Below, one piece after another: positions 1-11,235 of a DNA stretch of 64,000 nt (the first letter of the stretch is position 1; each line of letters begins with the position of its first letter). The position numbers and the translations under genes are program-made. The DNA comes from Mobula hypostoma (Eukaryota): contig NC_086097.1 in the NCBI RefSeq assembly GCF_963921235.1, positions 21,826,001 through 21,890,000 of the forward strand, read 5' to 3'. A model generated the notes under the pieces. The model was not told where the DNA came from, did no database searches, and saw nothing but the letters and a program-made list of their open reading frames with translations.

Positions 1-8
1 CTAAACAG

Positions 9-66
9 AAAAAAGGCAGCTTTTATGAGACCATTTTTCAATTGGTTTCATTATCGTGAACATTGG
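9..66 (+). other. Candidate host-gene exon, unidentified
   Basis: AAACAG at 3-8, open frame (R)KKAAFMRPFFNWFHYREHW, then strong donor GG|GTAAGT at 67; not recognisably repeat-derived. Confidence 0.2.
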
Positions 67-284
67 GTAAGTGCTCAGACACCGACAGCATAGACTCATA
101 GGTTGGTGAGGCACTTTGATATTCAAAAGGAGGGAGTGTATTGGCAAGCAGCTACTATCATCAAATCTAGCCTCTAACCCCCACCCCCGCTGTGCCTCGC
201 ACATATTAGATAAAGCTTTTAAAATTCACTTATTAGATAAAGCTTTTTGTTTCAAGTTTTATTATTTTAAGTGTAAGCTCGATC

Positions 285-567
285 TTGAAGGCAGAGTACA
301 GGGTTAGTGGCAGAATTCTCAGCAGTGTGAGGAAATAGAGGAACCTCGAGGTCCACGTTCATATATCCCTCAAAGTTGCTGCGCAAGTTGATATGAGAGT
401 TAACAAGGTGTGTGGTGTGTTGGCTTTCATTAGTTAGGGGGATTCAGTTCAAGAAAAACGGAGCCTAGTTGGGAAGGAAGGGTTGGATTGATCTTACAGT
501 AGGTTAAGAGGCTAGCACAACATTGTGTGCTGAAAATCCTGTACTCTGCTACTGTTCTATGTTCTAT
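285..567 (+). mobile_element. CR1 LINE 3' remnant with internal deletion
   Basis: Decayed ORF2 segment (SLKVAAQVD, LAFI) joined directly to a CR1 3'UTR ending GTTCTATGTTCTAT. Confidence 0.7.
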
Positions 568-619
568 CCCCCTTACGGCGTGGTGCCAAATTTTGTTTGA
601 TAACGCCTTATAATTTTTT

Positions 620-975
620 TAAAGTTCCTGTTTTGCGATCTGGCCGTACCCAGGACAGCCAGCCCATCGCAAATAGTGCTCGAGAAGATGATTGGGAGCC
701 AAATTGTTTAAGTGTCGTAGGAGTTGCTCTTCATCTGTGCGATGAGGGAATTCAATCTTGCATTTGACTTGTGCCTTGGAGATGGTGGAATGGCCCTTGT
801 ATGTCAATGTTGCAGGATACCCAGCCTCTGACCTGCTCGTGTAGCTATTTATGGCCCAGATCAGTTTGTCGTCCCTGGTGACCCTCAGGTGAGGAACTCG
901 GTAATGTTAATGCCATAGAATGTGAGAGGTAGATGGTTTGATCTACCGTAGTGTGGCATGAGTATAATTTGCCAC
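620..975 (-). mobile_element. Old L2/CR1-clade LINE RT C-terminal fragment
   Basis: Minus frame STISKAQVK resembles the TIYKAQVR..EY region of LINE RT C-termini; heavily decayed. Confidence 0.4.
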
Positions 976-976
976 T

Positions 977-1660
977 GATCAAAGTACAAAGTAGAAAGTA
1001 AATTTATTATCTAAGTACATATTTCTCACCATAGACAGCCCTGGGATTTGTTTCCTTGAGGGTATACTCAGTAAATCCAAGAACCATAATAGAATTAATG
1101 AAGGACTGCACCCAACAAGACAGACAAGCAACCAATGTGCGAAAGATAACAAACTGTGTGAATATCTCAACAATAAATATCGAGAACGTGAGATGAAGTG
1201 TCCTTGAAAGTGAGATTGTGGGAACATTTCAGTGATGGGGCAAGTGAAGTTATCCCATGGGTACAAGAGCCTGATGGTTGAGGGGTAATAACTGTTCCTG
1301 AGCCTGCTGGTGTGAGTCCTGAGGCTTCTGCACCTTCTTCCTGATGGCAGCAGTGAGGGGAGACCATAACCTAGGTGATGGGGTCCCTGATGATGGATCC
1401 TGCTTTCATGCGACAGCGCTTCAAGTAGACGTGCTCAGTAGTGGGGAGGGCTTTACCTGTGATGGACAGGGCCATGTACACTACTTTTTGTAGAATTTTC
1501 CGTTCAAGAACATTGGTGTTTCCATATCAGGCCATGATGCAAACAGACTCTCTACCACATATCTATAGAGGTTTGTCAAAGTTTTAGAAATCATGCTGAA
1601 CTTCTAAGGAAGTAGAGACATTACTGTGCTTTCTTGGGACTTACACTTACGTGCTGGGCC
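977..1660 (-). mobile_element. Rex1/Babar LINE 3' end
   Basis: Minus strand gives AQH..KKAQ, LPSGRR-type and IRLL motifs as in other Rex1 copies here, then a 3'UTR with AATAAA and TACTTT tail. Confidence 0.75.
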
Positions 1661-3693
1661 GAGACCATGGCCCTCTGAAATGACGACAGTCCATGACCCT
1701 CTGAAATGACAAGAGACCATGGCCCTCTGAAATGACGAGAGACCATGGCCCTCTGAAATGACGACTGTCCATGACCCTCTGAAATGACGAGAGACCATGG
1801 CCCTCTGAAATGACGACTGTCCATGACCCTCTGAAATGACGACAGACCGTGGCCCTCTGAAATGACGAGAGACCGTGGCCCTCTGAAATGACGACAGACC
1901 GTGGCCCTCTGAAATGACGAGAGACCATGACCCTCTGAAATGACGACAGACCGTGGCCCTCTGAAATGACGACAGACCGTGGCCCTCTGAAATGACGACA
2001 GACCATGACCCTCTGAAATGACGAGAGACCATGACCCTCTGAAATGACGACAGACCGTGGCCCTCTGAAATGACGAGAGACCATGACCCTCTGAAATGAC
2101 GACAGACCATGACCCTCTGAAATGACGAGAGACCATGGCCCTCTGAAATGACGAGAAACCATGGCCCTCTGAAATGACGAGAGACCATGGCCCTCTGAAA
2201 TGACGACAGTCCATGGCCCTCTGAAATGACGAGAGACCATGACCCTCTGAAATGACGACAGACCATGACCCTCTGAAATGACGACAGTCCATGACCCTCT
2301 GAAATAACGACAGTCCATGGCCCTCTGAAATGACGAGAGACCATGACCCTCTGAAATGACGACAGTCCATGACCCTCTGAAATGACGAGAGACCATGGCC
2401 CTCTGAAATGACGAGAGACCATGGCCCTCTGAAATGACGAGAGACCGTGGCCCTCTGAAATGACGAGAGACCGTGGCCCTCTGAAATGACGACAGTCCAT
2501 GACCCTCTGAAATGACGACAGACCGTGACCCTCTGAAATAACGACAGTCCATGACCCTCTGAAATGACGAGAGACCATGGCCCTCTGAAATGACGACAGA
2601 CCATGGCCCTCTGAAATGACGAGAGACCATGGCCCTCTGAAATGACGACAGTCCATGACCCTCTGAAATGACGAGAGACCATGACCCTCTGAAATGACGA
2701 CTGTCCATGACCCTCTGAAATGACGAGAGACCATGACCCTCTGAAATGACAAGAGACCATGACCCTCTGAAATGACGAGACCATGACCCTCTGAAATGAC
2801 GAGAGACCATGACCCTCTGAAATGACGACAGACCATGGTCCTCTGAAATGACGAGAGACCATGACCCTCTGAAATGACGACAGACCATGACCCTCTGAAA
2901 TGACGAGAGACCATGACCCTCTGAAATGACGACAGACCATGACCCTCTGAAATGACGACAGACCATGGTCCTCTGAAATGACGAGAGACCATGACCCTCT
3001 GAAATGACGACAGACCATGACCCTCTGAAATGACGAGAGACCATGACCCTCTGAAATGACGACAGACCATGACCCTCTGAAATGACGAGAGACCATGGCC
3101 CTCTGAAATGACGAGAGACCATGACCCTCTGAAATGACGAGAGACCATGGCCCTCTGAAATGACGAGACCATGACCCTCTGAAATGACGAGAGACCGTGT
3201 CCCTCTGAAATGACGACTGTCCATGACCCTCTGAAATGACGAGAGACCATGACCCTCTGAAATGACGACAGACCATGGTCTTCTGAAATGACGAGAGACC
3301 ATGACCCTCTGAAATGACGACAGACCATGACCCTCTGAAATGACGAGAGACCATGGCCCTCTGAAATGACGAGAGACCATGACCCTCTGAAATGACGAGA
3401 GACCATGGCCCTCTGAAATGACGACAGACCATGGCCCTCTGAAATGACGACAGTCCATGACCCTCTGAAATGACGACAGACCGTGACCCTCTGAAATGAC
3501 GAGAGACCATGGCCCTCTGAAATGACGACAGACCGTGGCCCTCTGAAATGACGAGAAACCATGACGCTCTGAAATGACGAGAGACCATGGCCCTCTGAAA
3601 TGACGAGAGACCATGGCCCTCTGAAATGACGAGAGACCATGACCCTCTGAAATGACGAGAGACCATGACCCTCTGAAATGACGAGAGACCATG
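1661..3693. repeat. Minisatellite, 26-bp unit, about 78 copies
   Basis: Consensus GAGACCATGRCCCTCTGAAATGACGA, variants cagacc/cagtcc/ctgtcc and atg/gtg; two 24-bp units near 2773 and 3161. Confidence 0.98.
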
Positions 3694-3777
3694 CTCGAAT
3701 GCTATCAAAGTCTTGCTGCATGCTCTGCTTCATCTTCAGATGAGTAATGAAAGGAATTAAAATTTTCAAAAATATAG

Positions 3778-4448
3778 GTCCCATAACTAAGAAAGAATAT
3801 GCTGGCATTGGAGAGGGTACTGAGGAGGTTTACAAGAGTGAACCAGTGAATGTAAGGGCTAACATAAGAGGAGCGTTTGATGGATCTGTGCCTATACTTA
3901 CTGGAGTTTAGAGGAATAAGGGGGAGGATCTCATTGAAATCTATTGAATATTGAAAGGCCTAGAGAGAGTGGATGTGGAGAGGATGTTTCATTAGTGGAA
4001 GAGTCTTGAATCAGAATAGACGAGAACAGAGAAGAGGGGGAATCTCTTTAGCCAGAGGTTAGTGAATCTATGATTTTTTCGTCACAGACTGCCTTGGAGG
4101 CCAAGTCATTGGGTGTATCTAAAGTGCAGGTTGACTGGCTCTTGATTGATAAGGATGTCAAAGATTACAGATAGAAGGCAGGAGAATGGGGTTGAGAGGG
4201 ATAATAAATCAGCTATAAGTGATGAAATGGTAGAGTAGACGATGGGTTGAATGTTCCTATGTCTTATGGTCTTACAGCCTAAAACATTTTTAAGGTGGAG
4301 ATAGATAAACATTTAAAAGACTGAGGAGTTGAAGGTGATGGAGACTTTGCACTGAAGAGGCCAGAGTAAATCAGATATGAATGTTTAAGCAGTTCTGAAG
4401 GGCCTAGTGGCCTATTTCTGCTCTAGTTTCTTTGTGTTCTTGTGTTCT
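3778..4448 (+). mobile_element. Two adjacent CR1 3' fragments
   Basis: LRK..LALERV.RRFTR and LEFRGIRG remnants with tail CCTATGTCTTATGGTCTTA near 4275; second 3'UTR to about 4448. Confidence 0.75.
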
Positions 4449-4529
4449 CCCTTCTGACCTCAGGTCATTGATGAAGCAGCTGAAGATGGTGAGGGTTGGC
4501 AACAACTCCAGCAGCATTGTCCTCAGCCT

Positions 4530-4915
4530 GGATTGATTGACTTTCAGCAACCGCAACCAACTTCCTCCAGTTCCTCTCCAGCATCCCTTTCTTCCATGGT
4601 CCACTCTCCTCTCCAATAGTTTCCTTCATCTTCAGCCCATTACCTCATCCACCTCCTAGCTTCCTAAGTTTCGCCCCCTCCAGCCACACATCTTATGCCA
4701 CACCAGATCTCATCTATCATCTGCCAGCTTGTATTCCTTCCCTTCCCCTCCTCTACCTTCTTATTCCGGCCTCTTCCCACCTACTTTCAGTCCTGTTGAA
4801 GGGTCTCAGCCCAAAACATCGACTGTTTATTCTCCTCCTTAGATGCTGCTTGATCTGCTGAGTTCCTCCAGCACTTTGTGTGTTGCTCTGGATTGCCAGC
4901 ATCTGCAGAATCTGT
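4530..4915 (+). mobile_element. Old Penelope-like element 3' end with decayed hammerhead (4788-4825)
   Basis: Pyrimidine-rich UTR, then CAGTC-CTGTTGA-AGGGTCTCAGCCC-AAAACATC-GACTG and the AGATGCTGC..CTGCTGAGTTCCTCCAGCA tail shared with younger copies. Confidence 0.7.
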
Positions 4916-4944
4916 TTACTTTAAGATAAGCTCACATTTTCTAC

Positions 4945-5245
4945 TTAACCTCAGAACATCCCAGAGGGCTTTACAGCCAATGAAATAGTTCTTAAGCATG
5001 GTCACAGCTGTAATGCAGAAGTGTGACAGTTGGTTTGTCCACAGCAAGTTGCTAGGTATACCAAGGTGATAACCATTTCTCTGGTGGTATTGATTGACAA
5101 ATTAATATTGGTCATTCCACTGGGGAGAGTGCCCCTGGCCCAGCTTGATTGTTCTTCACTTTTGTTTGAGAGAGCTGAGGGGTTCTTAGAGTAACATCTC
5201 ACCTTAACCACTGACAGTACGACATTTCCATAGTTCCACAGCAAT
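4945..5245 (-). mobile_element. Deu-domain SINE (AmnSINE1/SacSINE1-like), old
   Basis: CCTCAGAACATCCCAGAGGGCTTTACAGCCAATGAA, CACAGCAAG and AATATTGGTCA resemble the reverse complement of the Deu domain and tail. Confidence 0.6.
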
Positions 5246-5397
5246 AATTGGATTCAATTCAACTGAGGGCAGCACTGAGAGTAGAACTAGCCTTTTAAAC
5301 AAACCGCTGCCAAAGACAGACACCACTATCTGAATTTATTCTCTGGAAGTCCGAAGGTTGAAAGGACTCCTCCGTCCTCTTCTCCACCAGATACACC

Positions 5398-6009
5398 ATG
5401 TCTTGGTATGGCAACTGCTCTACCCAAGGCCACACTAAAATGTAGAGTTGTGAACGCAGCCCAGTCCATAACTCGAATCGAACCTCACTTCATTGACTCT
5501 GTCTACACATCCTGCCACCTTGGGAAAGCAGTAAGGCTTATGTAATCAAGGATTTGAAAAGACTAGAGCAGAAATGAGGAGATAAAACTATGAGAAGAGA
5601 GTGGAATTCTTTTCTCCAGGCAGGGGAAGGCATAGGAATGACTTCAGTTTTGAAAAAAGTTATTAATGAAGATGCTTTTAGGACATTTTTAAAAGGCGTT
5701 GCTTCAAGCAGGCAGCATCTATATTCTGGATCTTCACGTCCAGGATATCCCCCGTTTCATTATGTCCATCAGAAAAGAGGTACAGGAGCCTTAAAAGACA
5801 AATTCAGTGTTTTTGCAACAGCTTCTTTCCCTCACCATAACATTCCTGAACCATCCACAAACACTGCCTCAGTATTTGATGCTTTTTATTTATTTTTTAT
5901 ATTTTTCATTCTAACTTCTAGTGATTTTTATGTATTGCATTGTACTGCTGCTACAAAGCAATAAATTTCACAACATATGTCAGTGATAATAAACCTGGTT
6001 CTGATTCTG
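5398..6009 (+). mobile_element. Decayed Rex1/Babar 3' fragments
   Basis: WYGNCS, VVNAAQSI and KRYRSL remnants; 3' tail GATAATAAACCTGGTTCTGATTCTG. Confidence 0.65.
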
Positions 6010-7049
6010 TAATAATGTCTCCATTTAGTTCCAAACTGGAGATCATAAAATAGGCACTAAAATATCCATTAATTCAAGAGAGTTATTTAATCAGAGGACG
6101 TTTCGAATATGTATTTTGGCAGTGCATGGAATATTTAGAATGAACAACTTTAAAAACTTCAAGGAGAAAGCAGAATAAATATTTCAGAGAATTTTTAAAA
6201 ATTATGTAAATGTTACTGTTAGTATCAGCATTAATTATCCATACCACATCATCTCCTGAACTGAGTCAGGGTAGAGTCAACTGTACTACTTTGTCTGAAG
6301 TCAGTTATAGGTTGGACCTGAGAACAGTAACAGATAATGTTTTCTAAGGAACCAACTTATTAAGCCACAAAGATGCAGCTAATGGAGGTGCTACCTCACA
6401 TCTCCAGTAAACCAGGCTAGATCTTGTCCTCCAATACTGTTCCCCTGTGACTGTACGAGTTTCGTCCATCCAGGTGGCCACCATTGGTGAACTCGTTCAG
6501 ATCTGGTAGAGTTTTAACGGATAAGTGCAGACCCTTCTATTTACCAAGGGAGTTTACTGCCCTTGTGACTGTGGCTGTGTACATCCACCCCGCCATGATG
6601 GGGAAGCACTGCAAGATCTCTACATCTCTACTATTCCATCAGTGACCTCCATACCACACACCCCAACGGTTTCTTTATTGTTGTCGGCAACCTTAACCAT
6701 GCTAACTTAAAAGCAGTCCTGCCTAAATTCTACCAGCATGTTGCCTTTGCTACCAGCAAGTGAGAGCACATTAGAGCTGGTTGATATCAACACACATGAT
6801 GCTTTCAAGGCTACCCTCTTTGAATTCTCAGACCACTTATCTATTATGCAAGTTCCTGCGTACAGACCTGTTCAAAAGGAGACAGGGGCTTGGCCAGAAG
6901 GAGGAACCTCAGCATCACAAGACTACTTTGAAAACATGTTTTGGGATGCAGCTACATGTGACCATCACATTAACATCAATGAATATGTGGGATCTGTCAC
7001 TGGCTATATAGAGAAGTTCATTGAGAACGTCACCATTGTTTGAGAACGT

Positions 7050-8214
7050 CAGCATTTAATACCATCATTCCCACAATCCTGATTGAGAAGTTGCAGAACC
7101 TGGGCCTCTGTATCTCCCTCTGCAATTGGATCCTCAACTTCCGAACCAAAAGACCACAGTCTGTGCGGATTGGTGATAACCTATCCTCCTCGCTGACGAT
7201 CAACACTGGTGCATTTCAGGGGTGTGCGCTTAGCCCATTGCTCTACTCTCTATATACACATGACTGTGTGGCTAGGCATAGCTCAAATACCATCTATAAA
7301 TTTGCTGACGATACAACCACTGTTGGTAGAATCTCAGGTGGTGACGAGAGGGCGTACAGGAGTGAGATATGCCAACTAGTGGAATGGTGCCGCAGCAACA
7401 ACCTGGCACTCAATGTCAGTAAGACGAAAGAGCTGATTGTGGACTTCAGGAAGGGAAAGATAAAGGAACATATACCAATCCTCCTAGAGGGATCAGAAGT
7501 GGAGAGAGTGAGCAGCTTCAAGTTCCTGAGTGTCAAGAACTCTGAGGATCTAACCTGGTCCCAACATATCCATGTAGTTATGAAGAAGGCAAGATAGCGG
7601 CTATACTTTATTAGGAGTTTGAAGTGATTTGGCATGTCAACAAATACACTCAAAAACGTCTATAGTTGTACTGTGGAGAGCATTCTGACAGGCTGCATCA
7701 CTGTCTGGTATGGAGGGACTACTGCACAGGACCGAAAGAAGCTGCAGAAGGTTGTAAATGTAGTCAGCTCCATCTTGGGCACTAGCCTACAAAGTACCCC
7801 GGACATCTTTAGGGAGTGGTGTCTCAGAAAGGCAGCGTCCATTATTAAAGACCTCCAGCACCCAGGGCATGCCCTTTCCTCAATGTTACCATCAGGTAGG
7901 AGGTACAGAAGCCTGAAGGCACACACTCAGCCAATTCAGGAACAGCTTCTTCCCCTCTGCCATCCGATTCCTGAATGGACTTTGAAGCTTTGGACACTAG
8001 CTCACTTTTTTTAATATACAGTATTTCTGTTTTTGCACATTTTTAATAATCTATTCAATGTATGTAATTGACTTGTTTATTTATTATTATGTTTTATTTA
8101 TTATTATGATTTTTTTTTGCTGTGGGCTAGATTATGTATTGCATTGAACTGCTGCCGCCAAGTTAAAAAATTTCACATCACATGCCGGTGATAAGAAACC
8201 TGTTTCTGATTCTG
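7050..8214 (+). mobile_element. 5'-truncated Rex1/Babar LINE (RT C-half)
   Basis: [43 protein letters not shown]; premature stops; tail CTGATTCTG. Confidence 0.9.
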
Positions 8215-8495
8215 TTAAGCATATCTTTGTGAGATCTCACCAGAGGCCATGGTTGACCGGGCACAGCTGACGGTGGGATGCCACCATCAGTTCTGGAAAT
8301 AGGACAGTTCGTAAGTCAGTAAGTTATGCTTTCCTGCAGCATCAGAAAGGCAAAACAGGATTATTCATAGAGAATTTACAGCCATTTTTGTGACATCAAG
8401 ACATGAGGTACATGAGGGCATTCAGATCATAACCGATTACAAGTCCACCCTGCAGTGACGCCTCTCTTCCTGATAGGCTGAATGTCTATGTCTAG

Positions 8496-8951
8496 GTCGA
8501 TGTTCATGCCATCAGGTTGGAGGCTGCCCAACACCTTATATTCCGTCTGGGTAGCCTCCAACCTGATGGCATGAACATCGACTTCTCTAACTTCCGCTAA
8601 TGCCCCACCTCCCCCTCGTACCCCATCTGTTACTTATTTTTATACACAAATTCTTTCTCTCACTCTCCTTTTTCTCCCTCTGTCCCTCTGAATATACCCC
8701 TTACCCATCCTCTGGGTCCCCCCCCTTGTCTTTCTTCCCGGACCTCCTGTCCCATGATCCTCTCGTATCCCTTTTGCCTATCACCTGTCCAGCTCTTGGC
8801 TCCATCCCTCCCCCTCCCCTCCAACTTTCAAATCCCTTACTCACTCTTCCTTCAGTTAGTCCTGACGAAGGGTCTCGGCCTGAAACGTCGACTGCACCTC
8901 TTCCTAGAGATGCTGCCTGGCCTGCTGCGTTCACCAGCAACTTTTATGTGT
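8496..8951 (+). mobile_element. Young Penelope-like element 3' end with 5' inversion
   Basis: ORF end HLIFRLGSLQPDGMNIDFSNFR* (8531-8600), typical of the PLE GIY-YIG C-terminus; pyrimidine-rich UTR; hammerhead; inverted 35-bp copy at 8496-8530. Confidence 0.85.
8857..8894 (+). ncRNA. Minimal type I hammerhead ribozyme
   Basis: TAGTC-CTGACGA-AGGGTCTCGGCCT-GAAA-C-GTC-GACTG; stem I UAGUC/GACUG, complete catalytic core, predicted cleavage after C8889. Confidence 0.8.
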
Positions 8952-9027
8952 GGAGCCTGATAATATACCTGGTTGGGTGCTGAGAGGCTGTGCAGCCCAG
9001 TTAACAGAGGTTCTAACATACATCTTT

Positions 9028-10849
9028 CACATGAGAGAGGTCTGGATGGGGATGAGGACCATCACTGGGTTCCGGCAAACTAGCAACAGAGGAGCTGAAG
9101 GCAGTGTAGACAGGGCCAATGAACTTAACCTGTTCTTTAACAGATTTGACATTGTGGCCCCTGTCCATCCCCCACATGATTCATCTGTTGTTGGCCCCCA
9201 ACCAACACATATTCCACTCTCCCCTCCTACCTCTCCTCACAGTCCCCCACCCTGCTCTCATGACTATACCCCTTCCCCCCACGGTGGGCTTCACAGCTGA
9301 ACAGATGAGAAGACAGCTGAAACGTCTCAACCCAAGCAAGGCTGCAGGACCAAATGATGTCAGTACCAGGGTGCTCAAAGCCTGTGCCCCTCAGCTACGT
9401 GGAGTACTTCCCCATGTATTCAACCTGAGCCTGAGGCTCCGGAGGGTTCCTGTACTGTGGAAGACATCCTGCCTCGTCCCTGTGCCGAAGACGCCGTGCC
9501 CCAGCGGCCTCAATGACTACAGACCGGTGGCATTGACCTCCCACATCATAAAGACCCTGGAGAGACTTGTTCTGGAGCTGCTCCGGCCTATGGTCAGACC
9601 ACACTTAGATCCCCTCCAGTTCGCCTACCAGCCCCGACTAGGAGTTGAGGATGCCATCGTCTACCTGCTGAACCGTGTCTACGCCCACCTGGACAAGCCA
9701 GTGAGCACTGTGAGGGTCATGTTTTTTGACTTCTCCAGTGCGTTCAACACTATCCGCCCTGCTCTGCTGGGGGAGAAGCTGACAGCAATGCAGGTGGATG
9801 CTTCCCTGGTGTCATGGATTCTTGATTACCTGACTGGCAGACCACAGTACGTGTGCTTGCAACAGTGTGTGTCCGACAGAGTGATCAGCAGCACTGGGGC
9901 TCCACAGGGGACTGTCTTGTCTCCCTTTCTCTTCACCATTTACACCTCAGACTTCAACTACTGCACAGAGTCTTGTCATCTTCAGAAGTTTTCGGATGAC
10001 TCTGCCATAGTTGGATGCATCAGCAAGGGAGATGAGGCTGAGTACAGGGCTACGGTAGGAAACTTTGTCACATGGTGTGAGCAGAATTATCTGCAGCTTA
10101 ATGTGATAAAGACTAAGGAGCTGGTGGTAGACCTGAGGAGAGCTAAGGTACCGGTGACCCCTATTTCCATCCAGGGGGTCAGTGTGGACATGGAGGATTA
10201 CAAATACCTGGGGATACGAATTGACAATAAACTGGACTGGTCAAAGAACGCTGAGGCTGCCTACAAGAAGGGTCAGAGCCGTCTCTATTTCCTGAGGAGA
10301 CTGAGGTCCTTGAACATCTGCTGGACGATGCTGAGGATGTTCTACGAGTCTGTGGTGGCCAGTGCAATCATGTTTGCTGTTGTGTGCTGGGGCAGCAGGC
10401 TGAGGGTAGCAGACACCAACAGAATCAACAAACTCGTAAGGCCAGTGATGTTGTGGGGATGGAACTGGACTCTCTCACTGTGGTGTCTGAAAAGAGGATG
10501 CTGTCTAAGTTTCATGCCATCTTGGACAATGTCTCCCATCCACTACATAATGTACTGGTTGGGCACAGGAGTACATTCAGCCAGAGACTCATTCCACCGA
10601 GATGCAGCACAGAGCGTCATAGGAAGTCATTCCTACCTGTGGCCATCAAACTTTTCAACTCCTCCGTTGGAGGGTCAGGCACCCTGAGCCAATAGGCTGG
10701 TCCTGGACTTATTTCATAATTTACTGGCATAATTTACATATTACTACTTAACTATTTATGGTTTTATAACTATTTATTATTTATGGTGCAACTGTAACGA
10801 AAACCAATTTCCCCTGGGATCAATAAAGTATGACCATGACTATGACTAT
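9028..10849 (+). mobile_element. Young 5'-truncated Rex1 LINE with nearly intact RT
   Basis: ORF 9119-10687: [53 protein letters not shown]; frameshifts near 9290 and 10440; AATAAA plus (ATGACT)n tail. Confidence 0.92.
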
Positions 10850-11235
10850 CACTAACAGTCAAGTGTTCTTGCAGGCTTCAAGGCAGCCACCATCATCCCA
10901 GTACCTAAGCAGGCACCAGTGGCACTGAACTTGACAGTAATGAAATGTTTTGAGCAGCTGGTTATGGATGGCATTAACTCCCATCTTCCTGCTACATTGG
11001 ACCCTTTCCAGTTCGCTTATTGTTCAAATCGGTCTGCTGATGATGTGATAACTTCTGCACTCCACTCCTTGCTGCCCCACCTGGAAAATGGTGTCACATA
11101 TGCTCAGATGCTGCTTATCAACTTCAGCTTGGCGGTTAATACAACCATTGGGTAAGCTGTCCTCATTAGGTCCCAACACCTCTGCCTATACTTGGATCTT
11201 GGGCTTCTTGACAGAAAAACCAGTCAGTCCGTGTA

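Larger units (their letters stand above)
6500..11235 (+). mobile_element. Old Rex1/Babar LINE split by three later insertions (pieces about 6500-7040, 8215-8490, 8952-9027, 10850-11235)
   Basis: Collinear remnants: CRPFYLPREFT, NLNHANLK and SDH (APE domain); [40 protein letters not shown]. Confidence 0.75.

Noticed and set aside
1661..3693. CRISPR-like array
   Set aside because: Units are directly adjacent with no unique spacers, there are no cas genes, and the context is eukaryotic
1604..3808. Three overlapping 681-734 aa minus-strand ORFs
   Set aside because: A 26-bp unit with no minus-strand stop cycles through all frames, giving the same 26-aa repeat; no evidence of coding function
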